A stretch of 64,000 nucleotides of DNA, taken from Candidatus Micrarchaeota archaeon (lineage in GTDB: Archaea; Micrarchaeota; Micrarchaeia; Micrarchaeales; CABMGC01). Numbering within the stretch: the stretch's first letter is position 1; each line of letters starts with the position of its first letter. Positions 28,619-35,501 of this stretch are shown piece after piece. Below the pieces are notes generated by a model. It was not told where the DNA came from. It made no database searches and worked only from the letters and a program-made list of their open reading frames with translations. The position numbers and the translations under genes are program-made. The stretch covers positions 40,831 through 104,830 of the forward strand of contig JAWDMB010000002.1 in NCBI GenBank assembly GCA_046536795.1. The letters are read 5' to 3'.

Positions 28619-29612
28619 GCGCACCACCTAACTTGATTGCAAAAGCTTCTGCTATTTTGTCATCATCTATTCCCAATTCCCTAAGAAAGAAAAGAATCTC
28701 CTTATCGCTAAGCCCATTTTCAGCCAAAAGTTGCATAAGTTCATCAATCTTTAATTCATTGCTTAGATTGCCTATGAACTTTGTATAATCAAGACCCGCC
28801 TTGCTGAATGCTCTCTTAATTTGGGTTTCACTTACCTCTATCAAATCCTCACCCAAAAGAAGGTTAAACATCTTGGCTATTCCAACACCGCTTACCTTAT
28901 CAATGAAAAAAGAAGAGATGCTTTTGTCTTTATAGATTTGAATGACCATGCAGCTGCCTTGCCTTAGCTCTTGAATCTTTGCTATATCTGCTTCTCCTAA
29001 ATGGTAGTTCTTGGCAAGAAGCTCAAGACTCTTCTTATTCTGTGTCCTAAATACAAAGATAGATGCTATATTTGATAGTACACTACCTTCTATATCTTCA
29101 ATAAGCTGAGAAGCTATAACAACCCCAACCTTATACTTTCTACCTTCCCTAACTAACACATCGAGCATATCATTTTTGAGAAGGAGCTTCCAAGCTTCAT
29201 CAAAAAAGATTAATACATTATCATTTGATGCTGTGCTACGCCTGCGTGTACCTTCAATTATTCTTGAAAGAATAAATTCAGCGCGTTCTATTTTAGAAGC
29301 TTCACTTAGAGATGAAAGGTTATAATAAGCAATTTTTTCTTTGCCGAGCATGAAATCTGCAGGATCTGGTGAGCTTGCTGAGAAAAAGAGTATCTCTGAG
29401 TATTCACCTGTAAAATCTATTATCAGCACTCTTGTGCTTGAAAGAGCTATGCTCTTAAGTATCAGAGACTTCATCATATAGCTTTTACCAGAGCCCGTAA
29501 CACCGACTATGAATATGTGCGGATTAAGGAGCAAGTCTTGTCTAAACATGAAAGGGATACCAAATCTTTCGCTTCTGCCTATAAAGATTCCGCCATCTTG
29601 ATTTCTAAGCAT
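28605..29612 (-). CDS. VirB4/HerA-clade P-loop ATPase (AAA_10/DUF87-like)
   Basis: Walker A GVTGSGKS, Walker B VLIFFDEAW, then REGRKYKVGVVIASQ. An approximately 100-aa helical C-terminal tail follows. I use the ATG at 29612 (Met73 of the 407-aa ORF), because the longer ORF to 29828 overlaps the upstream gene by 142 nt. Confidence 0.75.
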   Translation of the reverse strand: MLRNQDGGIFIGRSERFGIPFMFRQDLLLNPHIFIVGVTGSGKSYMMKSLILKSIALSSTRVLIIDFTGEYSEILFFSASSPDPADFMLGKEKIAYYNLSSLSEASKIERAEFILSRIIEGTRRRSTASNDNVLIFFDEAWKLLLKNDMLDVLVREGRKYKVGVVIASQLIEDIEGSVLSNIASIFVFRTQNKKSLELLAKNYHLGEADIAKIQELRQGSCMVIQIYKDKSISSFFIDKVSGVGIAKMFNLLLGEDLIEVSETQIKRAFSKAGLDYTKFIGNLSNELKIDELMQLLAENGLSDKEILFFLRELGIDDDKIAEAFAIKLGGAHARK

Positions 29613-29686
29613 ATGTTCTTCGCTTGAATAAAATAAAGGAATATGCTTTGCAATCGTGCATGAGCTAAACCTGGCCAAACTAACAC

Positions 29687-30397
29687 CTATATTGCATTTA
29701 GCAATTCTTCGCCCCTTAGCAAACGATATCCTACATTTAGAGATGTAGCAAAAAGGTTTGCTACAAACTCTGCATTTCTTTGAGAAATCGAAGTAGCCTC
29801 GATTATCGAATTTGATGCCGCACGGCACTTGACCTTAAATTCTACATTGAAAGAATTTCCGCCAGAGTTTATTGCGTTTATCTCTGATTCTATTATGCTA
29901 ATCTCGCGCTTAAGCTTGCTAAGTTCTTTGCTATTTGGTTTTTCGCTTGCAAGCTGTATTTCCTTCATGTGAAGCTTTGTCTCAAGCTCATCTAATATGT
30001 GTTTCTTATTAAGTTCCTTTAACTCGATTGAATATTCAAAAGGAACCTTTATCCTATCTAGTAATTGCTCAAAAGTCAGGCTGTTGTTTGAAAGTTGCGA
30101 ATTTACTAGCAAAATGGCTACAGAAATGCTCTCATAAAAACCATTGCCCTTCTTAACAGCCGCGTATAAATTGTTGCTTAGCTCATAGCCATTTGAAAGT
30201 ACAACTACTCTGTTGTTTTTTATCAACAAATTGTTTATAAGCTTGCCAGCATGTAGATAGATTACAGATAAAAACGCTATTAAAAGTGCTAAAACGGCAA
30301 GCAAAGCACTTCCAAATAATAGTGAGAATAACAAAGAGATTATCGAAATTGCATAAAACGAGTATGCAAAGAGCTTATCACCAAGAGTTTCCATCAT
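29687..30397 (-). CDS. Membrane protein: N-terminal 2-TM hairpin plus a ~170-aa coiled-coil-containing domain
   Basis: 236 aa. Residues 8-50 form two hydrophobic helices and the rest is soluble. The ATGA start overlaps the upstream polytopic protein, and the gene lies directly upstream of the VirB4-like ATPase. Confidence 0.55.
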   Translation of the reverse strand: MMETLGDKLFAYSFYAISIISLLFSLLFGSALLAVLALLIAFLSVIYLHAGKLINNLLIKNNRVVVLSNGYELSNNLYAAVKKGNGFYESISVAILLVNSQLSNNSLTFEQLLDRIKVPFEYSIELKELNKKHILDELETKLHMKEIQLASEKPNSKELSKLKREISIIESEINAINSGGNSFNVEFKVKCRAASNSIIEATSISQRNAEFVANLFATSLNVGYRLLRGEELLNAI

Positions 30398-31431
30398 AGC
30401 ACCTTTAACTTGCCGAAGAACGCTTCAGAGCCAAGTAGTTCAGCTATCTCTCTTATTGAGATAGCAGTTATCACAAGATCAAATACAGGCAGTATAAAAA
30501 CTTGCATAACAAGAGATGAAGCATAAGAAATAAGCCCATTTAATATACTGCTTATCGATGAGAAAAGCTTTACGGCGCTGCTTTCTAATTTTATAACATC
30601 TGTAGAAGTTGCATTAGTGCCTATAGAAGATATTGTCTGATTTTCAAATGAAGAGGCATTAGAAGTAACTACAGTTATGCTGCTTGCATTATAACTTGAA
30701 TTGAATGAATTTAGCAGAATCGCGTTAAAAAGATAGGATAAAGGAAAAACAACATAAAGACCTATTGCAAGAGCTATGAAAAAACCACCAAGCTTCCTTG
30801 TAGGATAAAAGCTCCTTAGTATTATACCTAGCGGAAGTATTATTGAGACCGCTGTTAGAGCTATAAACACAAGCATCAATGCTTGCATAGAGGTGCTTAC
30901 AGCTGTTGCTGTAAGTATATTTATTATATACTGTATCTCATTAAGGAATGGCTTTATTATGAATGAAAAATTGAGCGAAACGATGATTAGATTTATGTCT
31001 AAAGATGCGAGCGCACCAAGTATTGTGCTAAGCAAAAACAGTGCAGATAGAAGCAAAGTAATCTTCTCCAAGAGCGAAATATGCACACTTCCCATAAATG
31101 TATAGGGCAGAGAACCAGCTAAGTAAGAGTAGGCAAAGCAAATAGCTAAATTGCTGCTCATATAGCTTGGACATGAAAACTGTGAATGTGTTGGAACTAA
31201 AGAATTGATCAGGCTATCTATAGGTCCATTATGGGCAAACAAAACAAGCAAGCCTCCAACAAGTATGCCATTTATTATTGATTGATAGATCTCGCTTTTT
31301 CCAAAATCCTTCAGCTTTCTATCGTCAAGTGCATAACCAAGGCCCAGTATAATACCACTTATTGCAAGCATTATGCTTATTAGCAATACTGCTATATCAA
31401 AGCCATAAAGGCCAAATGGCAATGCACTCAT
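30394..31431 (-). CDS. Polytopic membrane protein (about 7-8 TM helices), VirB6/CedA-like candidate
   Basis: 345 aa with multiple hydrophobic helices and a Ser/Asn/Thr-rich loop carrying several N-x-S/T sequons (NSS, NAS, NQT, NAT). It starts 4 nt downstream of the pilin-like gene. Confidence 0.55.
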   Translation of the reverse strand: MSALPFGLYGFDIAVLLISIMLAISGIILGLGYALDDRKLKDFGKSEIYQSIINGILVGGLLVLFAHNGPIDSLINSLVPTHSQFSCPSYMSSNLAICFAYSYLAGSLPYTFMGSVHISLLEKITLLLSALFLLSTILGALASLDINLIIVSLNFSFIIKPFLNEIQYIINILTATAVSTSMQALMLVFIALTAVSIILPLGIILRSFYPTRKLGGFFIALAIGLYVVFPLSYLFNAILLNSFNSSYNASSITVVTSNASSFENQTISSIGTNATSTDVIKLESSAVKLFSSISSILNGLISYASSLVMQVFILPVFDLVITAISIREIAELLGSEAFFGKLKVL

Positions 31432-31435
31432 AAAT

Positions 31436-31819
31436 CTACCTTATTGAATTTGCTATTGAATTTACAGAAATGTTGCTCAGCAATTGGGTAGATGCTAAGG
31501 CCAAACTATTAGAAGCCACTGCTAGAACGGCAACAACTATTGCACCTATTATTATGTTTATAGAAGCAGTATGGAAGCTTGCTCTTTTATCTGGCGGAAG
31601 AAGCTGGCCTAAAGCATAGAATATGCCTGCAATAACAAATAGAAGTGCGCTAAGCATAGGACCGATGTGCATGAGCAGTTGCTGGGTATAGCTTAGCGTA
31701 CCTATAATATCAAATGCAAATGCAGAACTCTTCGCAACGCCAGGTATCAGTGCTATTATAAAGAAAGGTATTTTTGCAATGATCTTGCGGAGCACTTCGT
31801 GCTTATATTTGCTTTGCAT
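31436..31819 (-). CDS. VirB2/TrbC-like pilin candidate (long signal peptide plus a two-helix hairpin)
   Basis: 127 aa. The charged N-terminus and h-region IPFFIIALIPGVAKSSAFA end in an AFA cleavage-like site. Two hydrophobic helices follow (MLSALLFVIAGIFYALGQLL and INIIIGAIVVAVLAVASNSL), joined by the basic loop PPDKRASFH. GTGAT lies 5 nt upstream of the ATG. Confidence 0.55.
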   Translation of the reverse strand: MQSKYKHEVLRKIIAKIPFFIIALIPGVAKSSAFAFDIIGTLSYTQQLLMHIGPMLSALLFVIAGIFYALGQLLPPDKRASFHTASINIIIGAIVVAVLAVASNSLALASTQLLSNISVNSIANSIR

Positions 31820-31946
31820 GCTATCACTTTTACCTTATTATCAATTTATTTATTTAAGTAAACATATAAATACTTTTCTATAATCTAAAGCAGGTAGCAA
31901 AATAAGCCAAGAAAGAGTTAAATAACTTAATAAGGTAGGGGATATT

Positions 31947-32177
31947 GTGGAAGTAGAATTTGTAAGAAAAACCAAATCTTTAGAGATATACGGAAAAGAT
32001 CTTGCAATGACTCTCAGAAAGAGAAAAAGGCTAAATTTGTTGGATAATCTCAGGTATATCGACTTATATGTTGAATATATTAAAAAGACCCCAAACAAAG
32101 AGTGGAGCCGCAGACAGAACAAATTTATAAACAGTATATATAGGTCTATTCCAAAGAGGATAAAAATAAGATCTTAG
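31947..32177 (+). CDS. Small basic protein, hypothetical
   Basis: 76 aa and Lys/Arg-rich. The GTG start is preceded by AGGTAGGGG. It is divergent from the T4SS-like operon. The competing antisense ORF 31850-32122 looks like a shadow ORF. Confidence 0.35.
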   Translation: MEVEFVRKTKSLEIYGKDLAMTLRKRKRLNLLDNLRYIDLYVEYIKKTPNKEWSRRQNKFINSIYRSIPKRIKIRS

Positions 32178-32253
32178 ATGCACAACGCCGGTTTGCTTAG
32201 GAAAGAAAGGTATTAAAATATAAACCTTCCTAATAAATTACTCAGGTGTTATT

Positions 32254-32799
32254 ATGAGAATAAGGCCAGCTAGGACTACAAGAAAGCTTAACAGCCAGGC
32301 ATGGGCTAGATATTCTATAAAAAAGCCTAAAAAGAACTATATAAAGGCTTTGCCGCACACAAGCTTACTTATATTCAGAATGGGCGTTGACAAACCAGAT
32401 TATGACACAAGGTTCCTTCTTAAGTCAGAACAGGATATTCAGCTCAGATCAAATGCACTAGAAGCCGCAAGACAAGCTGCAAACAAGTATCTTGAAAAAG
32501 AAATACCAGGCAATTACTTCTTCAGAGTTATAAAGTACCCGCACAATGTATTAAGAGAGAAGCGTATGGCGACGGGAGCAGGTGCTGACAGAATTTCGCA
32601 GGGTATGACCCTTGCATTTGGTAAACCTTCAGCTGTTGCAGCGCGAGTATACGAAGGTGATCCTGTATTTGAGCTTAAGGTGGATTCAAACAATAGGAAG
32701 GTAGCTTATACTGCACTAAAAAGAGCGGCATCAAAGCTCTCTGGAACATATAAGATAGTTGCTGAGAAGATAGAGAGAGAACACGGAGAGGCTGCATAA
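32254..32799 (+). CDS. rpl10e: 50S ribosomal protein L10e (uL16)
   Basis: 181 aa with N-terminus MRIRPARTTRK...YIKALP and the later block REKRMATGAGADRISQGM. Confidence 0.92.
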   Translation: MRIRPARTTRKLNSQAWARYSIKKPKKNYIKALPHTSLLIFRMGVDKPDYDTRFLLKSEQDIQLRSNALEAARQAANKYLEKEIPGNYFFRVIKYPHNVLREKRMATGAGADRISQGMTLAFGKPSAVAARVYEGDPVFELKVDSNNRKVAYTALKRAASKLSGTYKIVAEKIEREHGEAA

Positions 32800-32845
32800 T
32801 TTTATTTTTATACTTTTTCTAATTTTATGACAAAAGGTAAAGTAT

Positions 32846-33760
32846 ATGAAGATCTTGCTTCAGTTTCCAGAAGGACTTAAACAGCATGCCTTAGAATATG
32901 CTAGAAAGCTAGAGAAAGAAGGCAACGAGGTATATATATCAGCATCGCCAAGCTTTGGTGCCTGTGATGTAGCTATAGATGAAGCAAAACAGATAGGAGC
33001 AGATAAAATTGTTCATTTCGGGCATGCTGAATTTATGCATGTAGACTTTAATGTAGAGTATGTAGAACATCATATTGATGCTGATCTCTCTATACTTGAG
33101 AAAAGCCTAAGCTTGATTGCTAACTACAAAAAGGTAGGCATCGTAACTACAGTTCAGCATGTGCATCAACTACAAAGCATAAAAGAGTTTTATGAAAAAA
33201 ATGGAAAGACTGTTTTTATAGGTAAACCATATGGTTTTGCAAAATACAATGGCCAGATCCTTGGCTGCGATGTAGGAAGCGCTGCAAGCATAGATAAAGA
33301 GGTTGATGTGCACATATATTTTGGCGGTGGTTTATTCCACCCGCTTGGTGCTGTTTATGCGACAACAAAACCTTTCCTCTCAATAGATCCTTTTGCCAAT
33401 AAGATGATTTGGCTTGATGAATACAGAGAAAAGAGGAAGAAGCTTGAAAAGGGCTTAATACTAAGCAGCTTGAACGCAAAAAACTTTGGTATATTGGTCA
33501 GCTCGAAGATAGGCCAGTATAATATAGAGCTTGCAAAAATATTAAAAAACAGGCTAGAAAAAGAAGGGCTAAACGCTTATATTCTTATATCAAACACATT
33601 CGACTTCGATTCCTTAAACAACATGCTTGAGATTGATGCTTTTGTTAATACAGCATGCCCCAGGATAGCAACAGAAGATTACGACAGGCTTAGAAAACCT
33701 CTTTTAAGTCCAGCTATGCTAGAAGAACTATTAAAAATGAAAAAAGATATTAAAAAATAA
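32846..33760 (+). CDS. dph2: Diphthamide synthesis protein Dph2 (2-(3-amino-3-carboxypropyl)histidine synthase)
   Basis: 304 aa. The N-terminus is LLQFPEGLK, and three spaced Cys residues (GACDVA, LGCDVGS, TACPRI) match the 4Fe-4S ligands of the archaeal Dph2 family. Confidence 0.8.
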   Translation: MKILLQFPEGLKQHALEYARKLEKEGNEVYISASPSFGACDVAIDEAKQIGADKIVHFGHAEFMHVDFNVEYVEHHIDADLSILEKSLSLIANYKKVGIVTTVQHVHQLQSIKEFYEKNGKTVFIGKPYGFAKYNGQILGCDVGSAASIDKEVDVHIYFGGGLFHPLGAVYATTKPFLSIDPFANKMIWLDEYREKRKKLEKGLILSSLNAKNFGILVSSKIGQYNIELAKILKNRLEKEGLNAYILISNTFDFDSLNNMLEIDAFVNTACPRIATEDYDRLRKPLLSPAMLEELLKMKKDIKK

Positions 33761-33762
33761 AA

Positions 33763-34260
33763 TCAGGAAACTTTTACTATTACTGTTGCAATTTTCTGTG
33801 AGATTGTTGCTGGGCCGCCACTTGTTGAACTGTAGTTAAGCCATATGTAGCCAGAGAATGATGTACCTATTGGCGCTGGACTTGAAAGTCCAGTAGAGCA
33901 TGAAAGAGTTACAGTCTGTCCTGAGGATAGGGTTGAAACAGTAGGCGTGCATGAATACACAGTAGTTGGAAATCCTGTAGTGCCTACACTAGAGGTCTGA
34001 GGAGAAACATAGAAGATCGCGTTATAGTCTGTTGCTCCTGTACTCTGACCAACAAGTACTGTAAGCGTGCCGCTTGTTGAAAGAACAGGATTCTGGCAAA
34101 GGTAACCTGGACTTGCTACGCAAGATGTGCCTAGCAGCGATGAACCGCTGAAAACGCCAAGTGAGAAAAGTGCTCCGAGGACTACGGCAATTATTAATAT
34201 TGCCCAACCATATGTCATTAGGTATTCCATTGCGCTTTGCGCTTTGAATCTCTTTCCCAT
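33763..34260 (-). CDS. Archaeal type IV pilin-like protein (class III signal peptide), paralog 1
   Basis: The N-terminus MGKRFKAQSAMEYLMTYGWAILIIAVVLGALF has a basic tip, a Q/S cleavage region and a hydrophobic helix. The C-terminal domain is Ser/Thr-rich. I use the ATG at 34260 (the ORF track uses GTG at 34269). Confidence 0.8.
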   Translation of the reverse strand: MGKRFKAQSAMEYLMTYGWAILIIAVVLGALFSLGVFSGSSLLGTSCVASPGYLCQNPVLSTSGTLTVLVGQSTGATDYNAIFYVSPQTSSVGTTGFPTTVYSCTPTVSTLSSGQTVTLSCSTGLSSPAPIGTSFSGYIWLNYSSTSGGPATISQKIATVIVKVS

Positions 34261-34302
34261 AGTCACCACACCCTAAGGATGATGGTGAGTAAAAGCTTTT
34301 AA
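34064..34302. repeat. Direct repeat copy 1 (pilin 5' coding block plus upstream region)
   Basis: 34064-34260 is 100% identical to 34672-34868 (197 nt, offset 608 nt). Similarity continues with a few mismatches through the upstream region to 34302. Confidence 0.9.
34290..34301 (-). promoter_or_regulatory. Palindromic A/T box TAAAAGCTTTTA upstream of pilin paralog 1 (putative TATA/BRE region)
   Basis: A 12-nt perfect palindrome lies 30-41 nt upstream of the ATG and is conserved at the same offset in paralog 2. A GGTGTGGTGAC SD-like tract lies between it and the ATG. Confidence 0.4.
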
Positions 34303-34373
34303 CTAACCAAAATTACAAAAAACAGTTAAACTCATGAAAAATAAGAATAGAATAAAAAGAAAAAAGTTAAAGG

Positions 34374-34868
34374 TTACGAAACTTTTACAATTATTGTTGC
34401 TACTTTTGCTACAAGGTTTGATGTACCTGTAGAGCTAGAGCTATTGTATGACAGCCACACGTAACCTGTAAACGGTGTGCCTACTGGCTTGCCAGAGAAT
34501 CCTGAGAGTGTAATAGAGGGAGATACTGTTTGCCCTGAAGCAAGAGTGCCTACGTTAGTATAATTACTGCTGAAGAAGGGTGCTGATGAACCTGGTGATG
34601 CCGCCTGAGGCTCTACATATACTATTGCGTTGTATACGGTTGCTCCTGTGTTCTGACCAAAACTAAATGTTAGCGTGCCGCTTGTTGAAAGAACAGGATT
34701 CTGGCAAAGGTAACCTGGACTTGCTACGCAAGATGTGCCTAGCAGCGATGAACCGCTGAAAACGCCAAGTGAGAAAAGTGCTCCGAGGACTACGGCAATT
34801 ATTAATATTGCCCAACCATATGTCATTAGGTATTCCATTGCGCTTTGCGCTTTGAATCTCTTTCCCAT
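34374..34868 (-). CDS. Archaeal type IV pilin-like protein (class III signal peptide), paralog 2
   Basis: The first ~66 aa counted from the ATG (70 aa in the ORF-track numbering) are identical to paralog 1. The middle region diverges, and the last residues are conserved (ATIIVKVS versus ATVIVKVS). Confidence 0.8.
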   Translation of the reverse strand: MGKRFKAQSAMEYLMTYGWAILIIAVVLGALFSLGVFSGSSLLGTSCVASPGYLCQNPVLSTSGTLTFSFGQNTGATVYNAIVYVEPQAASPGSSAPFFSSNYTNVGTLASGQTVSPSITLSGFSGKPVGTPFTGYVWLSYNSSSSTGTSNLVAKVATIIVKVS

Positions 34869-34910
34869 GGTCACCACACTCTAAGAATAATAGCGAGTAA
34901 AAGCTTTTAA
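34672..34910. repeat. Direct repeat copy 2 (pilin 5' coding block plus upstream region)
   Basis: Partner of 34064-34302. I aligned the two copies by eye, base by base. Confidence 0.9.
34898..34909 (-). promoter_or_regulatory. Palindromic A/T box TAAAAGCTTTTA upstream of pilin paralog 2
   Basis: Same 12-mer at the same spacing as for paralog 1. Confidence 0.4.
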
Positions 34911-34939
34911 ATATTATGCCTTATTACTTTACTTCCTCT

Positions 34940-35497
34940 CTATTGCTTTGCATGCAAAAGCTCAGAGGCTAAGCTCTCTAGCTGTATTCTTGCTACATCC
35001 TGCTTCTTCCTGAAGCCAGGCAGTATAGAGTTTGCAAACCTTATATGTAAAGTTGAATCATATATATCTTTCATGAGCTCATAATACCTGCTTGCGAGCT
35101 TCTTGTTGCCTTTTCTAAGCTCGTCTATCGCTTCTCTCTTAAGTTCACCAACCAAATCCATCAAGCCAAGTATATAAGGTGCTGTTCCTTCGTTAAGCTC
35201 CTTTTTGCTCGGAATAGAGTGCTTGCTTAGAATATTATATAAAGCAATAGCCTCGACATATTCTTGATGGGCTTGCGTAGAATAGTATTCAAAGCCTTTC
35301 TCTACCTTCTTTAGCGCTTTTAGCTCTTTCTCGAGCTCCTTCTTTATGCTCTTTGCCCGTTTTTCGTTTTTTGCATGCAAAGAGGTTATAAGCTGTGCGG
35401 CAAGCTTTATTACCTTGCTAGATCTAAGCATAACTTCATCAAACCTTTTCTGCTCAGCCTCAAGCTCTTTTGTAATATCGTTTATCTCCTTAAGCAT
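34940..35497 (-). CDS. Translin-family protein
   Basis: 185-aa helical protein with the block APYILGLMDLVGELKREAIDELRKG, typical of archaeal translin-like proteins. Confidence 0.6.
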   Translation of the reverse strand: MLKEINDITKELEAEQKRFDEVMLRSSKVIKLAAQLITSLHAKNEKRAKSIKKELEKELKALKKVEKGFEYYSTQAHQEYVEAIALYNILSKHSIPSKKELNEGTAPYILGLMDLVGELKREAIDELRKGNKKLASRYYELMKDIYDSTLHIRFANSILPGFRKKQDVARIQLESLASELLHAKQ

Positions 35498-35501
35498 GCT
35501 C

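Noticed and set aside
29613-29828. Cys-rich N-terminal extension (CRVCSKPFCYISKC) of the VirB4-like ATPase ORF as a genuine zinc-ribbon domain
   Set aside because: It would need a 142-nt out-of-frame overlap with the 3' end of the upstream gene. Met73 at 29612 gives a normal DUF87-like N-terminus. I kept it only as an alternative under the split-VirB4 finding.
22211-31946. The T4SS-like cluster as part of an integrated conjugative element or provirus targeting tRNA-Pro
   Set aside because: I see no integrase, relaxase, replication, capsid or toxin-antitoxin genes. I also see no direct repeat of the tRNA 3' end. The genes between the tRNA and the cluster (M24 peptidase, Nudix, NreA) are ordinary chromosomal genes. 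I could not compute composition statistics, so a subtle compositional island cannot be excluded.
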